From Epiperipatus broadwayi (taxonomy: Eukaryota; Animalia; Onychophora), in NCBI GenBank assembly GCA_028023455.1, contig JAQFVV010000003.1, positions 16,678,001 through 16,742,000 of the forward strand: a stretch of 64,000 bases of DNA, read 5' to 3'. The position numbers and the translations under genes are program-made. Positions 27,421 through 40,648 of the stretch are shown one piece after another. Within the stretch, counting starts at the first letter, position 1, and every line of letters begins with the position of its first letter. The notes beneath the pieces were generated by a model, which was not told the origin of the DNA, did no database searches, and saw only the letters and a list, made by a program, of their open reading frames with translations.

Positions 27421-30400
27421 TATACATTCAACATTCCACTCATATACGATGGAAATGTATCACATCTAATGATTCGAACATTTAAACAGACTTTTATGTA
27501 TATATACCCTAATCAAACATTCAAAATAGAACCCATTATTTATCCATTTTAATGTCTTTACAAGTCAAACCCTTTTAGTCAACTATTTTTTCATATGGTA
27601 AATACATTATTTTTTTTTATTATATGAGATTTTCATACTTAAACCAATAAACCAACACTGCTAATAAACATTTCATTATTTAGTTAATTTTTAGATTTCT
27701 CAAGCAAAACAAAATGGTATTTGGCATTAGCTAACCTAGATGTAAATAATGAGTGAAAATCTACTAAATATACAACAAATAATGAATCTCAATACATATT
27801 AAATGTAACCACACTTTTATTTATATAAGTCTAAATTAAACTTATATATGAGAGTCTATTCCTTAATTACTATTAAACCCATTCAATTGAAAACTTACAT
27901 CAAATATGTATTATAGTAAACACAGAGGTATTTCCAAAATTATATCATTGTTACTTTTAAATTCATGAACTAAATGCTATTAATATCCATTTAACCACAA
28001 TCTTTATTTACTAGAATGATCAGACAAACTAAAATAAGTATTTGCATTAACTATGCCAAATATACATAATGATAAACACTGTAGTAAGTTTATAAAAAAA
28101 GATGATGCTCAACTGTAGTTCAGATGTAAACAGTTTTATTTATATATACCTGAATTCAAGCATTCATGGGATAACACATTATTTACTCATTTTAGAGTTC
28201 ATAGAAGAAACATGTTTTACATTTTTTTTTGTAATATAATAAATTTCCTTTCATAAACTAATAATTAATTGCTGGTGATAACCATTTCATAATTCATTTA
28301 CTTTACAATATATATAGCCAATACAAATTGACAAATTCCAAGAAATGTCTCAGATGTATGTAACAAATATAATAATTATGTACATTAAGTTACAAATGTC
28401 AGCTCAGCTGTATTTATATTGGTTTAACTGTAATTTATATTTGAGTATCTATAACTTACTGATATTTAAGACCCTTCCTCCACAAATGGAGATTTTTAAG
28501 TTAAATATTTCTAATCTATTAATAACAGAGATATTTCCAAAGTTATATGTAATTCTCAGTATAAAATTAATGAACCAACTGCTATTGATTAACATTTCAA
28601 TACCCTTTTATTTGCAAGATTGCTCAGCCAAAACAAAATGACCATCTGCATTAATTGTCTCAAATGGAATATGATAATAATCAAATCTAGCAAGTTTATA
28701 AACAAAAGTGATATTCATTACATTCCAGACATAAACATTCTCAATTCATACACACCTCATTCACACATTCATCAGAGTCCATTTCTTACTATTTCTAAGT
28801 CCTTGCAAGTGAAGAATTTTAAAATCCAATATTTTTAATATATTAAATATTGCATTTATTCTTAACATTATATAACATTCCCACTATAAACCAAAGAATT
28901 AAATGCTGGTAATAAGAATTCAGTATCGATTTCCTAATTGGATTTTTTTATCAAAGCATAGCAATTTACATTAGCTTCCACAAATGTATACAAGTGTAAG
29001 AAAATGTAAAAAATTATAAATAATTATGAAACTGTTTACAAATCAGATGTAAACACAAACTCATTTGTATAATGCCTAATTAAAACTTTCACATATGAGT
29101 TTATTATAATCATTAGCAAATTTATACAACTAAATAATTTTAAGTCAGATAAGTATAATATAGCAATTAGTGTTATATATTACATTAAATATAATTTCAT
29201 GTCTTTAGTAATGACCAACATGCTTTTAATAAGTATTGCAGTACACATCTATTTAAAAGATTACTTAACCAAAGCAAATTGAGATTTGCATTAGCTTTGA
29301 TAATCATATATGAATAATCTAGTAAATTTATAAAAGGAAATAATAACCATAATCCAGATTTAAATGCATTCTAGATTATATATATATATATTTCAAACAT
29401 TCATGTATAATCAATTCTTATTCATTTTCACATATAAGTGAAAAAATTTAAGCCAAATATTTTTATCATATTAAATTCAGCATTATTTCCAATATAATAA
29501 ATTATTCTTGCTGTTAAAATGCTAGTAATAACTTCTTCAACACTCATTTATTGTGTAGAATCCTCATCCAAAGCAAGATGACTATTTATACCAGCAACAC
29601 TGTAAAACTTATATAATTTTATCTATATAGGTCTAATAGAAACTTATTTAAGATAGTCTATTCCTTACCCTTCTCACCCCAAACTAGTGAACAATTTTAA
29701 ATCAAATACTTGTAGCATAATAAATACCAGAAATATTTTCAAAATTATATGTAATTTTCAACATTAACTAATGAACCAACCATTACTAATAAACATTTCA
29801 TTATACCTTTGCTTAGTAGATTGCTCAGCCAAGGAAAATAAACAATTTGCATTAGCTTCCCCAGATATATATATAAGAATAAACAAATCTATAAGTTTAT
29901 AAACAAGAGTGAAACTCATTTCACTCCAGATGTAAATGCTGCTTTATTTATATAGGCATAATTCACATGTTTATTTATTCATTTTTAAATTATTGTAAGT
30001 GAGAAAATTGTAGTCAAAATCTTTGAAATACACAATTTTTTGTTTTGCACAATTTTGAAATAAGTGGTTTTTTTTTAAATTTTCTTTCTACATGAGTTGT
30101 TTTAAAATAACATGATTGGTAAAAAATGGTACTTTGGGATTAGAGCTGCTGTGACATATTTGTGATTGGAATAAAGAAGCAAATGTTATTGTCTTCAAAG
30201 GCTTTTAAAAAATTATCATACATTCTCAAAATAATTCTTAGATCATCTTAAGCTGTTATTAAACTTTTTTAAAAAATAGAAATAATTTCATGTAAGTAAT
30301 ATAAATTTTTTTATTTTCCTTTTTAAAAGATTGTATATGTATTTAATTCAGTGTTTATTTACATATTTATTTCTGAGGTTGAGTTCATCATGATTACATC

Positions 30401-33400
30401 ACAAAACTAAAAAAAAATTATGTCTGTTATTATCATCTAATTTTTAAAAAAAAGTTTCATCTACATTCTAATGTTTTTTGTTGTTTTATTTTGAAAGGGA
30501 AGTACCTTTTTGATATTGATGCTTTGTTTGCATTTTGATATTTGTTTTTTTTTTTTAAAAAAAAATCTTTGTTGGTATTAATGTTAAAAAAATTAATTTT
30601 GTTTAAATTTAATTGATGAATTTGTTTAAATTTATATTTATTAATTTTTCCAAAAATCAATAGATGCTAAGTTATATGTTGTAAGTTTTAATGATAGCAA
30701 TGGAATTTCAATCCTGCACTCAAATATGCATTTATTGAATTAACAATATACTTTGAACTTTAAAGTTTTTGATGGCTGTGTAGAGAAACTAATGAGTGTT
30801 TCATTGTGTTATCACTTTCAAATTTTTTAATATTTTTCAAATGAAATTTATATCCCTATACATTTTTTTAAAGTTCAATGTGTATGAAATAAAATTTGAT
30901 AGCAGACAAAAATATAACATTCTAACAACATTTTTCGTATGGTTTATTTAATTATTTTTATTGATTTCTTAGATTTAGAACCAATCTTGTTATTTTCTAT
31001 AAATATTATTCTTCAAATAATTTTCAAGAACCAATCTACCATATAAAAAGAATTAGGTGTATATTAAATAGGGAGTTATCTTTAATGTTACATATAATTT
31101 CCAATTTAAAAATAATGAAAGAACTTTGTCAATAAACATTTCTGCAACCCTTTATTATTATACTCGTGAGCCAAAGAAAATGACAATTTGCATTACTTGT
31201 CAAACATGTAGATAAGAGCAACTCATCCAATAAGTTTATTAACAAAGATGAACCTTATTCAACTCATATGTATACACAGACAAATTTAAATAGGACTTAA
31301 TTCAACCTTTGATGACATACCCCCATTCCTTTCTCATTTTCATGCCCATGCAAGTAAAAAAATTGACTAATGAACAAAGAATAAAATAATAATTTAAGCA
31401 CAATTGTAACAAATAGATTTTTAAAACAAAAAATGGCTATTTGCATTAGCAGTTCCACATATATGTAAGAAAAAGTAAATCTATAATATGTAAACTAGTG
31501 TGAATCTCTTTACAAAATAGTTATAAACATAGTATCAATTCCACACCACCTAATTCAACATTTAATGTGAAAGTTCATCACATAATCATTATCAAATTCA
31601 TGCAAGTTTAGGTCAAATATTTATAATATGGTAACTACACTATTATTTTTAACATTATGCATAACTTGTGGTCTTTCATAATGAATAAAACATCATTAAT
31701 ATATATTGCAAAATCCTTTTATTTATTAGATTGTCTCACAGTATTATGTTATATCAACATCTCAATTCAATTATTCATGGAAGAATTCATTTCTAAGACC
31801 ACTTGATTGATTCAATCACATATTTTTTAATATAATAAATAAAGCATTATTTCCAACATTATATATAATTTTTCCTCTTCAACCAAATGCAAAAAATAAT
31901 CATTTCAGACTTGTTTACTTTTTACATAGATGAACAAATCAAATAATTTAGTAAACTAGGGTGAAACTTTCATTCCAGATGTAAGTATAAATTTACTTAT
32001 ATAGGGCTTAATTCAAACTTATATGTGAGTGTCCATAACATATTCATTTTCAAAGTTGCACAAGTGAAGAATTTTAAGTAAAATATTTGAAAATATAATA
32101 AATATGTGTTTTTTCCAAAATTGCATGTAATTTATGATCTTTGAGCAATGAAGTAAATGCTGTTAATAAATATTTTAGTACCATTTTTTATCAGATTGCT
32201 TACACAAAGCAAAATAGCCATTTGAATAGACTATCCCAAATGTATAACAAGTTAATCCACAATTTATAAACAGTTCTGAAATTCATCATAAACCAATGTT
32301 TGTAATAGTAATGAATAAAATAAATATGTAAATAAATTAGCCTTCAATTGAAGATGGTTTTGAATTCAGTATGACACAGCTTTAATAATTAAAGGCTTGA
32401 CTGTTGCTTTATGTTATCTTTTCATCCTATTTTTTAAAAAAGTACTTTTATCACTTACAAAACTGAAGTAGACTATAAGAAACTGTTCCTGGATAGTAGA
32501 TGTGTATATAAACTTTAAAATAACATTAAATATTATTATTAAAATCTTTGCAGCTATTGTTATGCAATCAGTTCATGCATGCCCAATCTTTCTACTAAGG
32601 CTTGTATGTGTGTCTATAATAATAAGGGACATTACTTACTAGAAGTAATCATAAGTGATAATTATATAGAACATGGTAAGATGTTTCTAATCTTGACCCA
32701 TGTGAACATAGTAAAGACTACAGTCCAACCAGTAGATAATCTGGGTTAAAAATATATTTATATATATAAACATGAGTCTGGCAGAAATGTTGCTGACCAA
32801 AGGCTAAATAAAATTTGCCAAAATATAATGATAAATAAATTGATAAGTAAAATGTCCTACAGTTAAATAAATCTTAAGTAGCGTTTATAAATATATTGAC
32901 TTCACGTACACACACAAGCAGGGCACTACTTTTCTTTATATACATGATAAATTATTATGCATAAAGTGTCCAACACTTTTAACATATCTAAAGATTATTG
33001 TACACACATATATAAGCTAACTGCTTATATCAGCTTTTAAACAGTATTTAAGAAAATTTAAGAAAAAGAATTAAATTATATTTGCAGTTAATAACTTAAG
33101 ACCTACTTCATTTACTTCAAACATTTAGATTTCTCACAATCCTAAAAGGAAGGGAAGAGAATTTATTAACTTGAGAATAGCAATTAAATATCTTAATTAA
33201 ACTAATGTTTTTATTCTTAACTGTTGAAACTTTTAAAGAAAAATGGAGTTGATTCAATAAATACTCAAAAAAAAACATAATAACAAAATTAACACATCCA
33301 TAAAAGAATGAAATAAATGTTACCAATACAAAATCATGTATCAATAAAATTAGGTCTAAAACTACTTATAATAAAGCATATATTTATATATGAATAAATA

Positions 33401-36400
33401 CAGATCAACTCACTCATGGTTTCGTGAAATATGCAATAAGAGTTTTTATTGAGTTACTGTAAGTCTGTGGGTAGCGTAAGACTTTTTCTATCTGTACAGA
33501 TTATTTGACAGGAGTATGTACTCTTTATGTTCATGCCTTTCCAAGATCTTTTCTGGTTACAAATAAGTTGAGAGAGGCTTAGGTCAGCTTTTTTATTGAA
33601 TTTAGATCATGTTGGAAACTGAGGTTATTGCTTGGAGTGAGAAGTTCATCTTCTGGAGGTCTAGTCTTGGATATTAACTGAGACCACAACTGAGGTGCTT
33701 TATATCTTCATTTTTTACCATTGGGTCCTTATAAAGCAAGGGCACTCAAAGACAGCCATGATTTAAACAGAATAATTGTGCAATCCTAACGCTAAACAGT
33801 TTTGCAGAATAACTACTGTGGACTTCTCTTGAAGACTAATATCTGCAAAGAGTTTATGAGTAATGAAAAGAGTGTTTAGCCAAGAGAATAGAGAATTAAA
33901 AAGTTTTGGTACTTTTATAGAGCTCACTGTCCATTGTTATACTTCCATAGAAATTTTCTAGAATCTTTTTGATTAGTATCATGTCTCATATATTTTCAGA
34001 TAAGCCAGCATTTCTTTCTCTAATTATTAAATTCCAAGCTGATTGCTTGTCTCAACGTAATCACATAGACAATGCCTAATGTATTGAAATTGCATACTTC
34101 TGTTAGATCTTTTATCACTAAAGATTAAAAATAACATTTTGTAGATTAAGCATTGTTTTTAAATATAAAATTTATACAAAGATAAAAAAAAAATGTTACA
34201 ATATTTTTGTACACAAATTATAAAATTAAATGGCAGTTAATAATTTTTTTTTTTTACAATTTATATATCTACAATATATATTATTTTGCACTCACTAAAA
34301 TATAAATAAACAAAAAACAATTTGACTGAAAATTAAAATTAGCCGAACCAATTGACCTATATATGTTTAATTTGAAATTTGTCAAAGCATCTCAATATAT
34401 TACTTCAAAAGGATTTATTAACTAATTTCAATTGATTTAATTATATTATATATGTTATGAAAATTGTTAAATATCCTTGAGAAAAAACTATAAATATATT
34501 TGCAGATGTTAAAGTTAGAAACTAAACCTATATATCAATGTTTAACTCTTTGATGAAATGAATGATATTGCTAAGAATGTGAAAATATTTTTATGATAAT
34601 CAACAAATAGATAAATATCCTACAACTTTATATATATATATATAGGGTATACTTCCAAACGTAAAAAGTTTTTCCTCTCATTTAATGTTGTTTTAAAATA
34701 AAAGTTTAAACAACTTCACTTTACATAATTAAACTTTCAGATAATTAATTTATAAATCTATAATTCAACAAATTTTTAAATTAATTTTTTAAAATTTAAA
34801 TCTAAAATTTAAGTCTGCATTCTCTATGAACTACACTCAAAGATTTTCCATGTGATGTTATGTGATGTAAATTGATTTTATTTCAAATGAATCAGAAGTT
34901 TCTGTGCATAGATTTTTTCCCAAAATCATATTAGATATGTTAAACCTTAATGTAATTCAAAACTATTTGGCAAGATGACATTTGAATTGTTCTCTTTAGT
35001 GACACTTTTTGTAATTATTCAACATTTGTTTTGAGCATTAAACCATTATTATATAGTAGAACTCAATACATTAATTTGATTTGTTAGAAATATAAGTTTA
35101 CAAATAGAAATCATTTATAAAAATCATATTTGAATTTAGATAATATTGAAAAAATAATAATATAAAGATTGTATAATGATAACAAAGGACATTTTTATTA
35201 TTCAGTGTTGGTCAGAAAAGCAGTCAAAGAAGTGATTTCAAAAAATGAATGAAATCTTTTTCGACTGAAATTTATTTTTAAAACAGTAAGAAATGAATGA
35301 TAATTTCTAATAAATCTATAAAATTCTGTTTTAAAATATTAAAATTGCTCTAAGATTTTAAAAATATTTCAAAAGATTCTAACATAATGTTGGTAATGTG
35401 ATTGGCAATCAATGTCACAAATTATGATTATCATCACAGCTCTTGGATTTCTTTCTTATCATTATGTTAGAATTTGTTAGTTTTTATTTTTAAAAATAAA
35501 ACATATACAAATAAAATAAAAGTATAATCATATATACTTTTGTGTTTTAATAATTATTATACAATTATCAGGGCCACTCCATACAGGTATGCAATTAATG
35601 TGGAGCACAAAGGACCTTCATCAATGGTGGTACCAAATTGCTGTGGCAATTAATAAAATTTATGTAAAAGAAAATGTTGATTTCCAAATCATTCCATTAT
35701 TAGAAACATATTTTGCTTGTAAATATTTTTTATTTAAATGTAACAATTATTTTTTTTACTTAATCATGCAACAATTGTTTAAAATATATTAAATATATAT
35801 TCTATCATTGTACTTCACTGAACAGATAGATGGGTGTCATTTCACCAAACTGTACATGTGAATAAAAATATTTAAGTTTATGAACACTACATTGCCAGAA
35901 ACTTGTTGTTTGCAAATATTTTTATATTTAAATATAAGAGCATTAAACTGAGTGTTGTGACAGTTGTTTGAAACATACTAAATATTATATAGTATGCCCT
36001 TGTGATAAGTTGAACAAACTTGTGTTAGTTTGCTGTGACAGTTAATAATACTTGTATGTAAATGAAATTGTTTAGTTTTCAAAGTCACTTTTAGTTAAAC
36101 ATCCTAATTTACATAAATTATAATTTAATTAAAAAAAAAAATTTAAAAATATTGCCACATAATAATTATGTATAGCAGCTATTTCAGTTTATCAGTAAAT
36201 ATTTTATAAGTTTTCCTATTGTGTGTTTAATATAAAATAGTGTTAAATGCTGAAATATGGGATTTTGGTGCAACCCAATACTGATATTATCTTTTTTTTT
36301 TACAATATCAATGTATCTTCTTTTTTTAATATCATTATTATTGTATTATATGTTTTTTTAATCTGCTTTCCTTGGATTTCAATGGTCATGGTGTTTATTA

Positions 36401-37390
36401 CAACTCATAATAGATCTATAATACTACCCAAATATGTGATCATCCAAATCCAAGAAAACAGAATTAATAAAAAATAATTTTTTAAAAATATATTATTGTG
36501 TGCATTCCATTAAAATGATATTATAGTTTAATGCCATCCTGTTGATTGTAACAACCACACATTAGTTGAAAACTATTCTATTGGAAAAGTATCCCCCAAA
36601 TTCAGATTCTTTATTTATTACAATGGAAGGAACCAATTGTTTATTTCTTTAGTTATTATGATAATCTATCATTAAACAAAAAAAAGTGTCAGGCATGTCA
36701 ATGACTTTTAAAAATTTATCAAATAAATTATGCAAGTATGAACATTTCTACCTTAAGTAAATATCATATAAATCCTTATCTCCTAGATATCAGACAATAT
36801 AGTGTGACTAAGTTTTTACACTGAGATAATAAGTATACAAAAGATTAAATCAAGAAGTACTGTAAATATTCTATTATTGAATGAATATCTGAGAAATTAA
36901 ATTTGTTAATAGAAAACATGAAAGATTGAAACAAAGTAGCAAACAAGAATTATTCTAACTAATTAATTTACATGTTGATTAGAGTTGATCAAAATTAATC
37001 ATTATTTATCACATTGTGTCCCCAAAGATAGCAGTGTAATAATTTTTTAATATTCTAGTTTTTGTGTCTTTAGTTAAACAAAATTGTATGGAATTCATTT
37101 TGTTCAAGTTTACTAATTTTATCTTATGAGAAGAACTACCTGAGAAAAAGTGGGCCAGGTGCAAAGGTTTTATGTGAAAGGGATGGGGGCTTCTTTCACA
37201 TGATAAAACACTTAGATATTAAACTTTTTTTTTCTTATTTGCAAATATAAATATATTAACATTGCACAAATTGATGCTTATAATATATTAATAAAAATTA
37301 TTTATTTATTATAAATTATAAATATGATTTTATTCAGTTTTATGAAATTAATATTTGAGAAAAAAATGCATATAATGAAAATATGAAATA

Positions 37391-37967
37391 TAAGTGCACT
37401 TGAATGCAGTTAATGATGAAGCTAAGGAACGACTTGTAATATTAAGAGTCAAGAAGTTTTATCTTCTCATAATCATAGAAAAAAGGTCATCTGAAAAAGA
37501 TGGAATATATAGAAATAGTGGATTAGAAAGTCCATTTTTGGAGAGGGGAAAGCAAGCTTCCTTTCAGTTTACAGTGTGGATGTTGTTAGCTACGTGCTAT
37601 GCTTCTTTGATTTTACATTTAGAGTCATGTCATTTTATTTATGTAATAGAAGGAGAGGAGGTTTAAATATATGGCCATACTTTGAACCTTCCTCTACTTC
37701 TATGGCATGTATAAAACAACTTGATTCTAAATGTAAAATCAAGGAAGCTAGGCATGTAGCTAACAACATTCATTCCCCTCTTCAAAAATGGACTTTTTAA
37801 TCCACTACTTCCATATATTTAAATATTTGCTGCTAATATATTCCACTTTTTTCAGATGATCTTTTTATTATGATTATGAAAAAATAAAACTTTTTAAAAG
37901 CACTCAGCCACTTAATATTGCAAGTCGTTCTTTTTAACTTCACTATTAACTGCATGCTAGCTTACTT
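37391..37967. repeat. Long imperfect palindrome / foldback element (~575 bp)
   Basis: Arm blocks pair throughout, e.g. TGCAGTTAATGATGAAG/CTTCACTATTAACTGCA, AGTCCATTTTTGGAGAGGGGA/TCCCCTCTTCAAAAATGGACT, TTTGATTTTACATTTAGA/TCTAAATGTAAAATCAA. The centre is TATGGCCATA near 37675. Confidence 0.85.
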
Positions 37968-38949
37968 AGACATAATGCAAAAAATACATTTTATTTTCTT
38001 CAATATTTTACTGCAAATCCGTTAATAATATCATCATAATTTAATTTTTTTTGTGTGAATTCTGATTTAATAGATAAAAATGTTATTGAAGAGAATCATT
38101 TTTGACCTATACTGATTTCACATTAACATGCTCAGAACATTGCAAAACATTTAAGTATACACATTGTACTTAACTGAAAAATCTGCATTATCACAATCAA
38201 TACTTCTACAATTATATAACTTCATATGTGACATTGTAAGGACTACAAATTACAGAGTTTGATAAAAAACAGTTTCACTTAGTATGCGATAAATGTTTTA
38301 TTTTTTGATTTTTACAAAAAATATAGATCATGCAGACCCAGGGTCTTGATAAATGTGAGACCTTATGTTGTTGCACTGCCCCTAGGCTGGATCCATTCAC
38401 AGGATTAGGGGCATTGGAATTTAGCTTACACAAGGGCACCTCTTACTCATACAGTGGCCCTGATAATGATTGTGTAAAAATAATTATGAACCTTTAATGA
38501 ATTATACAAATATTTTGTTATTTCAAAAATTTTCTATTAGTCCCAGAAATAGTATAGAAACCAAATACAAAGAACTAAATTGATCAAACACATGGAGGCA
38601 AGATTAAAATACTTAGATCTTATCAGCTATTCAAGAATACAGATCTCCTCAGATTTTTTTATAACTCTAAAATTAATATTCATTAGTATGAGATTTTGTG
38701 ATTTAAATAAAAATTAGTGAAATATTATTATTTAAATCATTTTAGGTGAATGTGAAGACTATCTTATTTAATAGATAAGTTAATAGTGATATATATCATA
38801 TCTATTTAATTTTTTTTTTAAAAAAGAATTTTATTAACTAAATAAAGTAAAACAACATGACAAATCATTCTTTGGACTCCAATCTTCTGATAATTAGAAT
38901 TTTTGATGGATAGATTGATGCCAGTAACTGAAGAACTTGATTTGACTAT

Positions 38950-39335
38950 TGTTACTAGAAGAGGTCTACACTGGCCCAGGATTCAATGTGTAGCCAGTCT
39001 GGTGCAAGAAGCCAGTCTCTATCACGAGTATTTCTTAATAGATTTATGAAAGTGCTGCTGACATTGTCATTTTCCTGTACAAAGATGTACTTGCACCTGG
39101 TGAGCCAGACTGCAAAAGTGAGGAAAATGGATGTTTTGATGGTCGAAAATATGCCGTCTTGATGGTGTTTTGAATGCAGAGAGTATTTTTATAGTTATTG
39201 AAACTTTTTGGTGGATGAAAGTCATGTAGAAGGTGGGTAACGGTTTCATCAGTTGTAGAGCATAGCTGACATTGGGAGTTAAGATTGGCAAATTTCTCCT
39301 ATGGACCAGGAAGTGGCTTGTGGGTAAGGAAGAAA
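38950..39335 (-). mobile_element. L1/Tx1-type LINE ORF2 C-terminal fragment (zf-RVT-like knuckle)
   Basis: Minus-strand translation CQLCSTTDETVTHLLH (39223-39271) fits the CxxC...ETxxH signature of L1/Tx1 ORF2 C-termini. Degraded. Confidence 0.45.
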
Positions 39336-40648
39336 GGTTTAGTTATATATTGCTTTTTTAAAATATTAGTAATCAAATAGAAACTTGAGTTATTTGGAAG
39401 AGATGATAAATGCAATTTCCCTTGTAGTGGCATAACAAGTTTGATTATTTCATCAAGGCTGCATAAAAATATTGTCATTATAATTCAAATCTTCTATCTA
39501 TTATTCATTTTGAATGTACATTTTATTAGTAAGAGTTCACGTGGTAAAGTGGAAAACTTCAACAGCCTAAAATCTTATCCGAGAATTGTACTTATGAGGA
39601 GAAAAAAGATCTTTGAAATTAATCTATTAGTTTTTGAGTTATAAAGCAGCAGACAGACATTTCACTTTAAAAATTTATAAAATATATATATGCAGATTGT
39701 AATTAAAAATCAATGGTCTGAAAAATAATATTTTTAATAAAGAAAACTTATTTTTAAAACATTTTTAGCATATTTGCATAAATGAATTATCTTAGCCATA
39801 ATTTTCCACATGAATAATTAAAACTGATGATTCATAAACTTTATTGAATTTTATCATTTATTTTCAGGTAATTAGAATTTAATTTTTATTTTCAAATCTT
39901 TTTTAAAAACAAATATGGTTTACCATGAAAAGTTTTTTTCTGTTTTGTAAAGCATACTAAGTTTTTCATTTGATACCACATTGGTAAAATATAAATTAAA
40001 TAGCCTAAAATCTTTCCTAATAATTGTGGTAAACATAAAAAAATTTACATCAAAATTGATCCATTCGTTACTTATTTATAAGGAAATAAACAGACAGATA
40101 GACTTTATATAGATAAAAGACTATTACTTTTAAGTAAAAAAAAAATATTGACCAAAAAAAAACGTATAGTTTCCACAAACAATAATTATATTTATTTTTG
40201 AGAACAATATAGTTTTTGCTTTGATAGTATAAGTTATTAATCCAATAAAACTTTGTAGCACAACATATTACACATATGGACCATTGTCATTTCATGCAGC
40301 GCAAAATGATAGATATTAGAATTAAAAATTCCAAGATCAAAACGTATAGATGCTTGAACATCATATAGAGCAGGGGTGGCCAACTTTTGTGTTGAAAAGA
40401 TCAACTTTTTATTGTGAAAATGTGTTGCGATCGACTTGTTATCATAAGCGTAGTCTAAGTGGAGGGAGGTGTGAAATACATACTATTTTTATATATCTAC
40501 CTACGTAAAAAATAATATAATTATTTAACAAGCTAAAAAACTCATGTCCATGAAAATTAAAGCAACATGAGTAATTATTAACAATATTTATTAATCCAAA
40601 TTAGCTACTGATAAAGACAGATTTAAAATTTATTTTATTATCTTAACA

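Larger units (their letters stand above)
23950..32290. repeat. Old diverged tandem array, ~260-325-bp unit, roughly 15-20 copies
   Basis: Motifs recur in a fixed order: TTGCATTAGC, AAATCTAGTAAGTTTATAAAC, TTCCAGATGTAAA, TATATAGGTCTAATTCAA, AAGTGAAGAATTTTAAGTCAAATA, CCAACATTATATGTAAT, AAATGCTRTTAATAAACATTT. The GCT of the last motif lies at 27976, 28271, 28581, 28905, 29222 and 29521 (spacing 295-324 bp). Confidence 0.8.

Noticed and set aside
23950-32290. Array as CRISPR or a C2H2 zinc-finger repeat
   Set aside because: Eukaryotic context, with no short identical repeats with unique spacers and no cas genes. There is no 84-bp period or HTGEKP/CxxC pattern.
33420-34100. Possible CR1/L2 RT remnant (KILERH...NNL) on the minus strand
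   Set aside because: Too degraded to support a call.
1563-37800. Most 60-100-aa ORFs in the track as genes
   Set aside because: They have F/I/L/Y/K/N-rich composition expected from AT-rich DNA, many have non-ATG starts, and none shows a domain. Those at 26061, 28345 and 28620 are frames through array units.
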